DNA of 64,000 nucleotides from a virus. Shown one piece after another: positions 11,654 to 21,868 of the stretch (its first letter is position 1; each line of letters begins with the position of its first letter). The translations under genes were made by a program, and so were the position numbers. Below the pieces are notes generated by a model. It was given only the letters and a program-made list of their open reading frames with translations, was not told the origin of the DNA and made no database searches. The stretch lies in IMG/VR virus record IMGVR_UViG_3300021376_000007. One strand, given 5' to 3'.

Positions 11654-13756
11654 ATGACTACAGAAACCACCGCAACAGAGCTATTAGCCCCCGTAGCAAG
11701 TAAAAGTTTGTTAATGTACTCTTTTAGGTTAACTGATGATTTTGTAGAGCAATACAGATCTAAAAAACCACCTTTTGGATACACAGATGCAGGCGGTAAT
11801 TCGGTTGGAGAAATAACATTTCTTAGAACCTATTCTAGGATTAAAGAAGATGGGACAAAAGAGACTTGGGTTGATGTGTGCGAGAGAGTTATCAATGGAA
11901 CATACTCTCTTCAAAAAGATCACTGCAAAAAAAATAGACTTCCGTGGAATGACGCAAAGGCTCAAGCGTCGGCAAAAGAAGCTTTTGATAGATTATTTAA
12001 TCTAAAATGGACACCTCCTGGTCGCGGACTGTGGATGATGGGTACTCAAATTGTAAACGTACAAAAAAACTCTGCAGCACTGCAGAACTGCGCGTTTGTT
12101 TCTACATCTGAAATGACTAAGCTTAATCCTGCAAAACCATTTGGATTCTTAATGGAAGCATCTATGCTTGGAGTAGGGGTGGGCTTTGACGATAAGGGTG
12201 CTGATAAAGATTTTATTATCTATTCCCCAAATAGAGGAGAGGTTACAGAGGTTATTGAAGACAGCAGAGAGGGCTGGAGAGACTCCGCAATTTCTTTAAT
12301 AAATTCATATTTAAAGCCAGATCAAAATATTGTTTCTTTTGACTATAGTCAGATTAGGCCATTGGGCTCTCCAATTAAAACTTTTGGTGGAACAGCTTCT
12401 GGTCCAGCCCCACTGATAAAACTACATGAATCAATCAGAAGAATATTCAATAATCGCAACGGAGAAAAGCTTACTAGAAAGGACATAGCAGACATAGGAA
12501 ACCTAATTGGTGTATGTGTTGTGTCTGGAAACGTAAGAAGATCAGCAGAACTTCTAATTGGTAGAATCGACGATGAAGAGTTTCTTAATTTAAAGAACGC
12601 AGAAGTCTTTCCAGAAAGAAATTCATATGATTCAGAAAATCCAGGTTGGGGATGGATGTCAAATAATTCAGTTGAGGTTTTTGTTGGTCAAGATCTTTCT
12701 CCAATTGTTGACGGGATTGCTAGAAACGGTGAGCCGGGAGTGATTTGGATGGACATGTCTCGTAAATATGGAAGACTAGCAGATGGATTAAATAATAAGG
12801 ATCACAGAGTCGCGGGGTTTAACCCATGCGCAGAGCAGTCTCTCGAGTCCTACGAGTGCTGCACGTTGGTAGAAACATACCTAGGAAGACACGAATCCTT
12901 AGATGATTATAGAAGAACTTTAAAATTTGCGTACCTGTATGCTAAGACAGTAACGCTTCTTCCAACACACTGGGAAGAAACAAACGCCATCATGCAAAGA
13001 AATAGAAGAATAGGTGCCTCAATGTCAGGTGTTGCAGACTTTGCCGACAATAACGGAATGCCAGTTCTACGTGAGTGGATGGATGAGGGATATAAAACAA
13101 TACAGAGATATGACAATATATACTCAGAATGGCTTGGAGTTCGTGAGTCTATTAAAATGACAACAGTAAAACCTTCTGGCACAGTTTCTATTTTGGCAGG
13201 AGAATCACCTGGCGTTCACTGGACTCCGGGTGGACAGTTTTTTAATAGAACGATTAGGTTTTCAAATGACGACCCAATGTTACCTTTGTTTAGGATGGCA
13301 AACTATAGGGTAGAGCCAGCTTCTGAGTCTCCCGATACTACATCAGTAGTTTACTTCCCAATAAAATCCAATGCGAAAAGATCAGAAAAAGACGTAACTA
13401 TATTTGAAAAAATTGCTTTAGCAGCTGCTGCACAAAGATATTGGTCAGACAATTCTGTTTCTGTTACTGTATCTTTTGACGCAGAAACAGAGCAGCAGCA
13501 TGTTGGTACGGTTCTGCATATGTATGATGGGCAGTTGAAAACTGTTTCTTTCCTTCCTCAAGGAAATCAAACTTACCCACAAATGCCGTATACTCAAATA
13601 ACCGAAGAGGAGTATAACCAGGAAGGATCTACAAAACTCTTTCCAATAGATTTATCGGGAGTATACGCGGGACTAGCTGTTGATGCGATAGGCGAGTCTT
13701 ACTGCACCACAGATTCTTGTGAGATAAAATTTTTAAAAGATAATCAAAAGAGTTAA
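11654..13756 (+). CDS. nrdJ: Class II (adenosylcobalamin-dependent) ribonucleotide reductase
   Basis: RTYSR, PPGRGLW, ALQNC, GNVRRSA, NPCAEQ, TVKPSGT motifs and C-terminal CTTDSC; no small-subunit gene adjacent. Confidence 0.92.
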   Translation: MTTETTATELLAPVASKSLLMYSFRLTDDFVEQYRSKKPPFGYTDAGGNSVGEITFLRTYSRIKEDGTKETWVDVCERVINGTYSLQKDHCKKNRLPWNDAKAQASAKEAFDRLFNLKWTPPGRGLWMMGTQIVNVQKNSAALQNCAFVSTSEMTKLNPAKPFGFLMEASMLGVGVGFDDKGADKDFIIYSPNRGEVTEVIEDSREGWRDSAISLINSYLKPDQNIVSFDYSQIRPLGSPIKTFGGTASGPAPLIKLHESIRRIFNNRNGEKLTRKDIADIGNLIGVCVVSGNVRRSAELLIGRIDDEEFLNLKNAEVFPERNSYDSENPGWGWMSNNSVEVFVGQDLSPIVDGIARNGEPGVIWMDMSRKYGRLADGLNNKDHRVAGFNPCAEQSLESYECCTLVETYLGRHESLDDYRRTLKFAYLYAKTVTLLPTHWEETNAIMQRNRRIGASMSGVADFADNNGMPVLREWMDEGYKTIQRYDNIYSEWLGVRESIKMTTVKPSGTVSILAGESPGVHWTPGGQFFNRTIRFSNDDPMLPLFRMANYRVEPASESPDTTSVVYFPIKSNAKRSEKDVTIFEKIALAAAAQRYWSDNSVSVTVSFDAETEQQHVGTVLHMYDGQLKTVSFLPQGNQTYPQMPYTQITEEEYNQEGSTKLFPIDLSGVYAGLAVDAIGESYCTTDSCEIKFLKDNQKS

Positions 13757-13758
13757 CT

Positions 13759-14100
13759 GTGCAAGGATTTGAAGAAGATGACATCAATAAAATGTTTGAT
13801 GAATTAATGAGCTCTGCTTCCATAGAAGATACGAATAAAGAAGAAGCAATTTTTGATACAAAAAATCTTTTATTAATTCAAGAGTCTTTAATGGATAGTC
13901 TTTTGTCTGTAAATTCTTTAATATATAGATGTAACTTTGGTCCATCTTTTATCCCCACAAAAGAGTGGGAAGATTTACTGTCTTATTTGTATCAAGCGTC
14001 AGAAAATTTTTTTACTCACATGTCTAAGAACGATGATATAATGTATGCTATTACTGAAGAAGACGAACACGAACAAGAGGATACTGAAGAAGATGAATAG
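13759..14100 (+). CDS. Acidic hypothetical protein
   Basis: 113-aa ORF between nrdJ and thyX. Confidence 0.6.
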   Translation: MQGFEEDDINKMFDELMSSASIEDTNKEEAIFDTKNLLLIQESLMDSLLSVNSLIYRCNFGPSFIPTKEWEDLLSYLYQASENFFTHMSKNDDIMYAITEEDEHEQEDTEEDE

Positions 14101-14803
14101 CCAAAATAGTGACACAGTCAATGTTTTAGACAAGGGTTATGTTAGGGTGGTTGATCATATGGGCAGTGATTTGTCGGTAGCAAATGCCGCTAGAGCCTCT
14201 TTTGCAAAAGAGTCAAAAGAATTTTCTGTAAAAGATGCAAGGTTAATTGACTTTCTTGCAAGAGAAAATCACATGTCACCATTCAGACACGCTTTTATAA
14301 CATATGAGTTTAAAGCTCCATTAATGGTGGCTAGGCAGCACTGGAAATATGTCGTTGGATCAGATCATACAATGGATTCTTGGAACGAATCTTCAAGAAG
14401 ATATGTTACAATGGAGCCGGAGTTTTATTTTCCAACTATGGAACAATGGCGTCTTGCCCCTGAAGACAAAAAACAAGGTTCTCAAGGTATAGCAGATCCT
14501 TTTATTGGATCTACACTGACGCAGCAGTTGGTGCAGCACGCAGAAAAAGGTGAGGCACTGTACAATATGGCAATGGAAAGTGGTATTGCAGCAGAGCAGG
14601 CAAGATTATTCCTTTGTGCATATGGTATGTATGTTGTCTATAGATGGTCTTGTTCATTGCAGTCTGTTGCGTTGTTCTTAAATCAAAGATTATCAGAGGA
14701 TTCTCAGGTAGAAATTCAGGCATATGCAAATGCCGTAAAACAGCTAACACAACCATTGTTTCCTATATCTTTTAAGTCTCTTGTTTCTGAAGGGTTATTA
14801 TGA
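14093..14803 (+). CDS. thyX: Flavin-dependent thymidylate synthase
   Basis: GSDLSVANAARAS, HMSPF, RQHWKY, WNESSRRY, QAR..L and Q.EI..YA motifs. Confidence 0.92.
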   Translation: MNSQNSDTVNVLDKGYVRVVDHMGSDLSVANAARASFAKESKEFSVKDARLIDFLARENHMSPFRHAFITYEFKAPLMVARQHWKYVVGSDHTMDSWNESSRRYVTMEPEFYFPTMEQWRLAPEDKKQGSQGIADPFIGSTLTQQLVQHAEKGEALYNMAMESGIAAEQARLFLCAYGMYVVYRWSCSLQSVALFLNQRLSEDSQVEIQAYANAVKQLTQPLFPISFKSLVSEGLL

Positions 14804-14964
14804 TATACAATATTCTTTTTGTATTGGTTTTCTGCATATCGATTAATTGGTGCATCAGTTTACACATGTTAGCGCAATCCAGAAAGAGTACAGCTACGAC
14901 CTATCTGTCAATAGCATTATCGCTTTTGTTGGGACTTTTGGCTGGAGTAATAGCCATACTTTAA
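14800..14964 (+). CDS. Small two-TM membrane protein (54 aa)
   Basis: ATGA overlap with the thyX stop; MIYNILFVLVFCISINWC...LLLGLLAGVIAIL. Confidence 0.55.
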   Translation: MIYNILFVLVFCISINWCISLHMLAQSRKSTATTYLSIALSLLLGLLAGVIAIL

Positions 14965-15003
14965 ATTTTATTAATAAATAAAGACATTTGGTAGGATACA
15001 ATC

Positions 15004-15240
15004 ATGGCAGCTGGAAAATTAAATTATGTTGTTGTTTATGAAGGATTAAGTCAAGTATACGGTTGCGCTTCCAAGAAGATAGCGCTAGAATCTGCTCCAC
15101 CAGAAGGATATTCTTTGGACCAAAAAAAAATATTGTTTATAACTTTTGAGCCGGATCAAAAAAGCCTATGTGTTTATGAAGTTCCAAAAGAGGAGATCAT
15201 AACCGCAGAAATAAAAAAGAAAAAAAATGAAAATGAGTAA
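15004..15240 (+). CDS. Hypothetical protein
   Basis: 78-aa ORF with RBS. Confidence 0.6.
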   Translation: MAAGKLNYVVVYEGLSQVYGCASKKIALESAPPEGYSLDQKKILFITFEPDQKSLCVYEVPKEEIITAEIKKKKNENE

Positions 15241-15469
15241 GAAACAAAACTTAAAAAAGAAAGTAAACGTAAAAATACTACCAGGACAAGCAATATATGT
15301 TGCAAATTTAGAAACGCTTCAGCATATATCAGAATTGTACAGGGAAATGTCAGGACAAAGTTTAACAGAAGAGGAAAGACTTTCTTGGCTTCAAGTGTCA
15401 GAAGAAATAAACTACGCAATATTTCAAACTTATTTTAATCCTGAGGATAGCGATGAAGAAGAATGGTGA
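15227..15469 (+). CDS. Hypothetical protein
   Basis: Overlapping operon ORF. Confidence 0.55.
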   Translation: MKMSKKQNLKKKVNVKILPGQAIYVANLETLQHISELYREMSGQSLTEEERLSWLQVSEEINYAIFQTYFNPEDSDEEEW

Positions 15470-15737
15470 TATTATTTTTATAATGTGCGGAGTCGCACTT
15501 GGCTATGCAGCTGGAAGAATTTACATGAAATACAATAACAACTTTCCCAGATCAGTTTCTGCCTCAGACAGAAAACACATCAATATGCTAAAAGAATTTT
15601 ATTTTGAAGATTACGGTTTGGCCGTAAAAAAATATCTAAAATACATTGGCATGGGATTGTCTTCTCAAGATGCACTAGATACAGTCATGACCATTATGCC
15701 AGTAGACCTTTTAATGATAGGCGAAATAAATGATTGA
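15453..15737 (+). CDS. Hypothetical protein with N-terminal TM segment
   Basis: IIFIMCGVALGYAAG hydrophobic stretch; overlaps neighbours. Confidence 0.55.
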   Translation: MKKNGDIIFIMCGVALGYAAGRIYMKYNNNFPRSVSASDRKHINMLKEFYFEDYGLAVKKYLKYIGMGLSSQDALDTVMTIMPVDLLMIGEIND

Positions 15738-16545
15738 TTTATGTGTGGTCAACCACAATACTAGACCTCAGCTGCAGAGACTTTTGGACACTCTGCATCA
15801 CGATGCTGTAAGTCCAAATGGCGCGCTCAAAAAAAATTGGAACTTGTTTATAACCGACAATAATTCTACGGACGATTTTATACCATGGATAAGGGAGAAC
15901 GAACAAAGATACGCTATAGATAGAATGTATCTAAGAAAAAACATAGGTTACTCAGCAGCAGCAAATATGATGGCTCACTCTTCTAGATCTGAAATAATTG
16001 GAATTTTAAATGGGGACATTTGGATGACTACAGAAGACTGTAGAAAAATACAAAAAATATTTCAAGAAAATGAAGATATTCATATCTTAGGTCCCAAGCA
16101 AAGAGATGAAAACAGTTTAATAACACACGCTGGAATAGTTGGAACAAATACCGCTCCAAAACATAGGGGATGGAGAGAATTTGATTTAGAAGATGAGCTA
16201 TATAGAGATCAAATAGAATGTGTAACAGTATCCGGATCCGCCTATTTTGTCAGAAGAGACGTTTGGAATGCCCTAACTTCAAATTCAAAGTATCAACAAA
16301 TATATCCAAACGCAGTAGGCGCATTTCTTCCAACGCCACACTATTATGAAGAGACTTGGTGTTCATATTTTGCCAGACATTTAGGGTATAATGTAGTTTA
16401 TGACGGATCTATATCAATAGGCCATAGTTGGCACGCGTCAAGCCCAAAACCTGGAGAAGGAATTAGTCACGTAGACAAATACTTTCCTATGTCTAGGGAA
16501 ATTTTTAGAAAAGCGTGCGACCATTTCGGAATAGAAAGAGATTAA
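15730..16545 (+). CDS. GT2-family glycosyltransferase
   Basis: VVNHN, DNNSTD, NIGYSAAAN, LNGD, VSGSA and YYEET motifs. Confidence 0.88.
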   Translation: MIDLCVVNHNTRPQLQRLLDTLHHDAVSPNGALKKNWNLFITDNNSTDDFIPWIRENEQRYAIDRMYLRKNIGYSAAANMMAHSSRSEIIGILNGDIWMTTEDCRKIQKIFQENEDIHILGPKQRDENSLITHAGIVGTNTAPKHRGWREFDLEDELYRDQIECVTVSGSAYFVRRDVWNALTSNSKYQQIYPNAVGAFLPTPHYYEETWCSYFARHLGYNVVYDGSISIGHSWHASSPKPGEGISHVDKYFPMSREIFRKACDHFGIERD

Positions 16546-16547
16546 TT

Positions 16548-16949
16548 ATGAGTGATAAATTAAATCCATGGATTTATAATGCAGAAGTAAAAAAAGTTGT
16601 TGATGGCGATACATTTGATATTGTTATTGACCTTGGTTTTGACACACTAAGAAAAGGTAGGGTGCGCTTATATGGGGTAAATGCTCCCGAGAGCAGAACT
16701 TCTAATATAGAGGAAAAAAAACGAGGTTTAGCTGCAAAAGAGTTTACTGATCAGTGGCTGCAAAAAGCTGGTAACTGGGTAAAAATAGAAACAATTATTG
16801 ACAAAAACGAAAAGTATGGACGAGTTCTTGCAAAAGTTTGGGATAATAATGGGAATTGTTTAAATACAGATATAGTTGCAGCTGGACTTGCAAAAGAATA
16901 TTACGGTGTTGGCGATAAAACATGGACAGAGTTTAAGAAAGACAAATAG
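16548..16949 (+). CDS. Thermonuclease (staphylococcal nuclease-like)
   Basis: VVDGDT, RVRLYGVNAPE, KYGRVLA and GLAKEY motifs. Confidence 0.9.
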   Translation: MSDKLNPWIYNAEVKKVVDGDTFDIVIDLGFDTLRKGRVRLYGVNAPESRTSNIEEKKRGLAAKEFTDQWLQKAGNWVKIETIIDKNEKYGRVLAKVWDNNGNCLNTDIVAAGLAKEYYGVGDKTWTEFKKDK

Positions 16950-16956
16950 TGCAGGT

Positions 16957-17361
16957 ATGGCTATTTCTGTTTACTTAGCTGGAGCTATGGATCATGTTGG
17001 AGACTACGCCATAGGATGGCGCGAATCCGCATCAAAAGCCTTATCGTTTTTGGGCTACAAGGTCTATGATCCAACCTCCATCCCAGAAGATCCTGAGATG
17101 ACCGCTGATGAAATTGTTCAAAAAAATTTATTTATGCAAAAAAAATCAGACTTAATGCTGGTAGAATACATGCTAGAAGATAGGGCATATATAGGAACTG
17201 ACTTTGAAATGGCTTGGGCGAAAATGAACAATCAACCAAGTATAATTATGTGTTCTAATCAGAATAAAAATCGACCATATATGAAATATATGGCCACAAA
17301 GCTTGCAGACAATCTGCAAGATGCTATAGAATATATAGCAGTTCATTATCCAACAGAATAA
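16957..17361 (+). CDS. Nucleoside 2-deoxyribosyltransferase-like protein
   Basis: VYLAGAM...WRE...YDP...SD...GTDFEMAWA. Confidence 0.8.
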   Translation: MAISVYLAGAMDHVGDYAIGWRESASKALSFLGYKVYDPTSIPEDPEMTADEIVQKNLFMQKKSDLMLVEYMLEDRAYIGTDFEMAWAKMNNQPSIIMCSNQNKNRPYMKYMATKLADNLQDAIEYIAVHYPTE

Positions 17362-17375
17362 AAAGGAAAAACAAA

Positions 17376-17567
17376 ATGTCAGAAAACAAGTTCAAGTACT
17401 TTGCAGTTACTACGACTACACTAGTAAAGGCAAATAATAAGGCTGAGGCGCAGAAGGTGGCCATGGGCCGTCGTAACGTTGATGGCGAACTTCTTTTTAA
17501 GTCAACAGATATTGAGAGAATCTCTTCTGTTGAAGCGAGAGAGCAGATTGAAGAGCTTACAGCCTGA
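17376..17567 (+). CDS. Small hypothetical protein
   Basis: AAGGA RBS; followed by a hairpin. Confidence 0.65.
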   Translation: MSENKFKYFAVTTTTLVKANNKAEAQKVAMGRRNVDGELLFKSTDIERISSVEAREQIEELTA

Positions 17568-17582
17568 TAAACTTGCAATGTT

Positions 17583-17619
17583 TAACGGGGGTAAGCTGTT
17601 ATTCGGCTTACCCCCGTTA
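17583..17619. terminator. Strong hairpin / probable terminator
   Basis: TAACGGGGGTAAGC / GCTTACCCCCGTTA inverted repeat. Confidence 0.7.
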
Positions 17620-17635
17620 GATTATGGGAGATAAT

Positions 17636-18331
17636 ATGATAATTGCACAAATGGTCGGTAAAAATGAATCACAAAGATTTTTGCATGACGTTCTAGAAAG
17701 ACTATCTCAACAGGTTGACAAAATTGTATTTACAGATGACTGCTCCGATGACAACACGTCAGAAATAGCCGCCAAGTACGCAGAAGTATTCAGTACAAGC
17801 GAAAGCCTATTTGCCAAGCATGAGGGTCATCTCAGATCTGTTGCGTGGAGTAATCTTGAAAAGGTAGCAAAGCAAAATGACTGGATTGTTGCAATAGATT
17901 GCGACGAAATGCTATTCCACGAAGATGGTCTGTCTTTAAGAAATGTTCTAAAGCAGTCGGCATATGACGTTGTCAACGTCAGGTTTTACCACATGTGGAA
18001 CCCTACTCAATATAGGGTTGATAAGCTTTGGACACCAAACAATAGTTCTAGAATATTTAGGTTTCAATCAGGTGGAACATTCTTTGACCGCAAACTTGCC
18101 TGCGGATCAGAGCCTACTTATGTTGTTGATATGATTAGAAGAAAAAATTATTGGATTCATTCAGATCTGAAAATGAAACATTTAGGATATGTTAAAGATG
18201 AAGACAAGACAGCTAAATATGAAAGATACATGTCGATAGACAAAGGCGAGTTTCACAATATTCAACATATAGAATCTATAATTGACCCTAACCCTGTACT
18301 AATGAATTGGAACACTAATGAAAACCTATGA
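17636..18331 (+). CDS. GT2-like glycosyltransferase
   Basis: KNE..FL, DDCSDD, WIVAIDCDE and KHLGY motifs. Confidence 0.82.
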   Translation: MIIAQMVGKNESQRFLHDVLERLSQQVDKIVFTDDCSDDNTSEIAAKYAEVFSTSESLFAKHEGHLRSVAWSNLEKVAKQNDWIVAIDCDEMLFHEDGLSLRNVLKQSAYDVVNVRFYHMWNPTQYRVDKLWTPNNSSRIFRFQSGGTFFDRKLACGSEPTYVVDMIRRKNYWIHSDLKMKHLGYVKDEDKTAKYERYMSIDKGEFHNIQHIESIIDPNPVLMNWNTNENL

Positions 18332-18968
18332 TACAAAACAAACTATAATAAAAGTAACAGAACTTTTAGAAAGAAAAAAAAGATTTGCTTTTGTCACATA
18401 TACTAGATCATCTTTTTTTTCTGTATTTAATGATATTAAAGGAGAAAAAAAACCACCAAGAAACTTTGTTCAATCAATGGCAAACAGTTTAAATATACAG
18501 GATTCAAATTATTGTGCAGCTGCTCAGTTAGAGTTTATTGATTCTCATAGAAATAAACTTAATAAAGCTGGACTGTCAAACAAAAATTTTTATGACTCGG
18601 CTTTTTTAGAAAATTATATATATGAAAATAAAGATGTATTTAAAATTTTCATGAATTATTATATCAAAAATACAAATGTTTTAGTTGTTTCTTTTCAAAG
18701 TATATCAAATATAGGAAAATTCTTTTCAAAAGATTCTGCTTTCATTACAGTTCCCTACAATGATTTTTATGACAAGTTAGACTCAGTTATCGCTCAAATA
18801 ACAGAATTCACCAATGAATATGATTTAGCAGTGCTGGACTGTCCTATGTTTGGCTCAGCACTTGCTTCAAAAATATGGGAGAAAACTGATATGTCCATAT
18901 TAGATATGGGCAAAACTTTAACGGTTGCCAGAGCTGCAGATAAAATAAACAGAATAAGAAGCAGTTAG
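18318..18968 (+). CDS. GT-D-fold-like (glycosyltransferase-associated) protein
   Basis: RFAFVTYTR start, YDLAVL..P....LA...W and LDMGK motifs. Confidence 0.5.
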   Translation: MKTYDTKQTIIKVTELLERKKRFAFVTYTRSSFFSVFNDIKGEKKPPRNFVQSMANSLNIQDSNYCAAAQLEFIDSHRNKLNKAGLSNKNFYDSAFLENYIYENKDVFKIFMNYYIKNTNVLVVSFQSISNIGKFFSKDSAFITVPYNDFYDKLDSVIAQITEFTNEYDLAVLDCPMFGSALASKIWEKTDMSILDMGKTLTVARAADKINRIRSS

Positions 18969-18970
18969 AC

Positions 18971-19612
18971 ATGAAAAAGTGGGGGATAGATCAAGATGAT
19001 GATGAGTTTCTCACAGATATGTTGTTTGAAACTGGTATGCCTATATCTGAAATAGCAAAAGAATTAAACTTTACAACTGCGTACGTAAATAAAAGAATTA
19101 ATCAACTTGGCCTTTCGTGGGTTAAAGATCAGCGTAAAAAGATGTCCAAGGGTCAATCTATACTCACCTCTGTAATGCGCAAGCTTTTACCGGGGGAAAA
19201 AATCCTTAACGAGTTTCACATAGGAGATAGGCTAAAGCTTGATGTCTATTGCCCACGCTATAAAATAGCAGCAGAATATCACGGTAGGCAACATTTTTAT
19301 TATACTCAAAGATTTTTTGATTCTAAATATGAATTTGAGCAGGCAAAAATAAGAGATAATAAAAAAGCTCAGATGTGCGCAGAACTTGGAATAGCATTAA
19401 TAATTTTTAGATACAACGATTCATTAACGGAAGCGTCAATTTATGATAGAATTATAGAAGCCATAAGACAGTCAAACGTTCCTGCGGAACCAAAAAATAA
19501 AAAAACCATAAAAGATAATCCTTTGTATGGTCCAGCAAAAAAGAAAAACGCAGAGCAGCGTAAAAAATATTATCATAAAATGAAAGAAAACAAGAAGAAT
19601 GACAGACACTAA
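18971..19612 (+). CDS. HTH plus restriction-endonuclease-like (DUF559/Vsr-type) protein
   Basis: ISEIAKEL HTH; LKLDVY...AAEYHGRQH...RDNKK...C...GI.LI. Confidence 0.75.
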   Translation: MKKWGIDQDDDEFLTDMLFETGMPISEIAKELNFTTAYVNKRINQLGLSWVKDQRKKMSKGQSILTSVMRKLLPGEKILNEFHIGDRLKLDVYCPRYKIAAEYHGRQHFYYTQRFFDSKYEFEQAKIRDNKKAQMCAELGIALIIFRYNDSLTEASIYDRIIEAIRQSNVPAEPKNKKTIKDNPLYGPAKKKNAEQRKKYYHKMKENKKNDRH

Positions 19613-21071
19613 GGCTAGTGAGGCGCCTGCAGAAAAAGAAATGCCGCTAGAATATCAAATATTTGCCCTTTCTTTGAGGCAAAAGGGGGCAATTGAGTAT
19701 TTTGATGCATTCTTGCCAGAAGATATTGTGGGCACTATACATGGGCACACTGGCATTAATGAATTTTATAGGGCTATACTTGCATATCGTCATGCAACAA
19801 AGTTGGATATTGTTGATCCAGTTGCATTTAGGGTTTGGTTAGACTCTGAAACAGATATATATTTAGCCCTGGGTGGTGTCTCTGGCGTTGATACAATGAT
19901 GGACATTTTGATGTCTTTAACTTTGTCAACGCCAGAATCTATTACAAAAATAATAAAACACAAAGCTAATAAAAGAAAACAATTAGATTATTTACAGGAA
20001 CTTCAAATACTTATAACTCAAAAGGGGGAAAAGGATGCTAAGGATCTTGCAAGAATATCTTTAGTGACTTCCGAAATAAAAGATTTAGAAAATGAATTAA
20101 ATTATAATCCTTTAGATAATGTGACGACAGCAGATGACATTGCAAGGCGCGCAGAGGATCTTTTACAGATACCAGATTTTTTACCTACGCAATACAAGTC
20201 TTTAAATAGAGCAATGGGCTATACTGATGAGGGTGGATTTTTTAAAGGCGCAGTGCACGCCATAATCGCTGCTTCCGGAAAGGGTAAGAGCACTTTTGCC
20301 AAATGCCTAGTCAACAACTGGGCAGACTGCGGTTATAAAGTTCTATATGTAAATTTTGAAGAAGCTGTATCTCACTGGGAAAGAGTTTTAATGACTCAAA
20401 TAATAGGAAAGAATGTTTACGCTGAGTCAGCGAAATGGACGGAAGAAGAAAAGAAAAAGTATATATCTATATTTAGAGACAGACTAGATAAGTGGGGGAA
20501 TAGGTTCATGGTTCGCCATGATCCAGAAACACCTTACTTTGAGGACTTAGAGAGGTGGCTGAGAGATATTACCGGAGATACAGACAGAATGCCAGATGTA
20601 GTTGTTATAGACACTATTCAGTCCATGTTTACTAGAGGGGGTAAGGGGAAACCAAGATGGGGTGAGTTTGAGGAAATGATGGTTAGGCTAGAAAAACTTG
20701 CGAGAGATATGAATTGTGTTTTAATTATCACTGCTCAAGAAAATTCAAATCGAATGAAAGAAAAGAGAGAAGTGGTACAGCAGTCAGACACCGGAGGCTC
20801 ACTCGCCATACAGCAGAAGTGCGCCGTCACAATTTTTATTACTGAGAAAAAATTAATTAGTGGAGACGACTCAGAGGACGACAGCATCATGCAGCTTCAA
20901 ATTCCTAAAAACAGAATTACTGGCTCTACTTTTGTTTATGATTCTCCTTTGGTGAAATATGTAGATGAAAACAAAACTTATGAAGAATACGAAGCAATAA
21001 CAAAAAAAGATTACGAGCACGAAAGTGATTTTGATTTTCGCGAACTAGCAGACAGAATGGTCATAATATAA
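19599..21071 (+). CDS. dnaB: DnaB-like replicative helicase
   Basis: Walker A AASGKGKST, NFEE, Walker B VVVIDTIQ, ITAQ.N and KNR motifs. Confidence 0.88.
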   Translation: MTDTKASEAPAEKEMPLEYQIFALSLRQKGAIEYFDAFLPEDIVGTIHGHTGINEFYRAILAYRHATKLDIVDPVAFRVWLDSETDIYLALGGVSGVDTMMDILMSLTLSTPESITKIIKHKANKRKQLDYLQELQILITQKGEKDAKDLARISLVTSEIKDLENELNYNPLDNVTTADDIARRAEDLLQIPDFLPTQYKSLNRAMGYTDEGGFFKGAVHAIIAASGKGKSTFAKCLVNNWADCGYKVLYVNFEEAVSHWERVLMTQIIGKNVYAESAKWTEEEKKKYISIFRDRLDKWGNRFMVRHDPETPYFEDLERWLRDITGDTDRMPDVVVIDTIQSMFTRGGKGKPRWGEFEEMMVRLEKLARDMNCVLIITAQENSNRMKEKREVVQQSDTGGSLAIQQKCAVTIFITEKKLISGDDSEDDSIMQLQIPKNRITGSTFVYDSPLVKYVDENKTYEEYEAITKKDYEHESDFDFRELADRMVII

Positions 21072-21072
21072 A

Positions 21073-21867
21073 ATGCAAAGAGTAACATCAAAACAGCTAA
21101 AAGATTTTCAGATATGTGCAAGACTGTATGATTACAGACACGTAGATCAACTGCCCGAGAAAATATTGGGTAGGGATTTATATTCTCAAAAATTTGAAAA
21201 TACTATAAAAAGTATAGTAAATTTTTATTTTTATAAAAAACAATCTGGAGCTGCTCCATCCTACGCCTCGCTTCTTAATAGGTGGGAAAAGTTGTGGTAT
21301 CCAAAAAATACGACAGCACAAGACATTGCCCAAGAGCAGCATGAAAGCGCCTACGGCAATAATGCTAGCCTCACCACAAAGGCTGCAGCAGCTTTGTTGG
21401 GAGTGATAGAAAATTTTGCCGATACGGCAATCATACCAATGGCTATAGACGAAGATTTTTTTGTTTCAATAAATAATCCAATAACTATTTATGATAGTTT
21501 TGATTTGATATATAGTTTAAATGAAACAATATATGTTGTTAAGTGGGTATTTAATACTAAATTTAAAAAAGAATATTTATATACAACCGATTTTGCAATT
21601 TTAAATCTTGGATACTCAAATAGATATGGACAAAAAATTAAGAAAACCAAGTTTGGGTATTACGATTTGTTAAATTCAAAAAGTAACTTTACAGAATTTG
21701 AAACAAAAAAAGAAGACATAGACGTTTTAAAAGCTTGGTGTAATCAATTAAAAGAAGAAAAGTTTTTTCTTCCCAAAAGAGGGATGATCTCCTACTGTGC
21801 GTCCTGCCCTTTTGATTCTCCATGTTCAAAATGGAATATTAATAAAGCACAAGAAAGCTCACGTTAA
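21073..21867 (+). CDS. PD-(D/E)XK (RecB/Cas4-like) fold protein, possibly catalytically degenerate
   Basis: N-terminal DFQICARLY and C-terminal CASCPFDSPC Cys cluster; D.K motif replaced by VVKW. Confidence 0.6.
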   Translation: MQRVTSKQLKDFQICARLYDYRHVDQLPEKILGRDLYSQKFENTIKSIVNFYFYKKQSGAAPSYASLLNRWEKLWYPKNTTAQDIAQEQHESAYGNNASLTTKAAAALLGVIENFADTAIIPMAIDEDFFVSINNPITIYDSFDLIYSLNETIYVVKWVFNTKFKKEYLYTTDFAILNLGYSNRYGQKIKKTKFGYYDLLNSKSNFTEFETKKEDIDVLKAWCNQLKEEKFFLPKRGMISYCASCPFDSPCSKWNINKAQESSR

Positions 21868-21868
21868 A

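Noticed and set aside
16515-16547. In-frame CGGA in the N-terminal extension of ORF 16515
   Set aside because: The real start is ATG 16548; these bases belong to the upstream GT gene, where they read TTC GGA.
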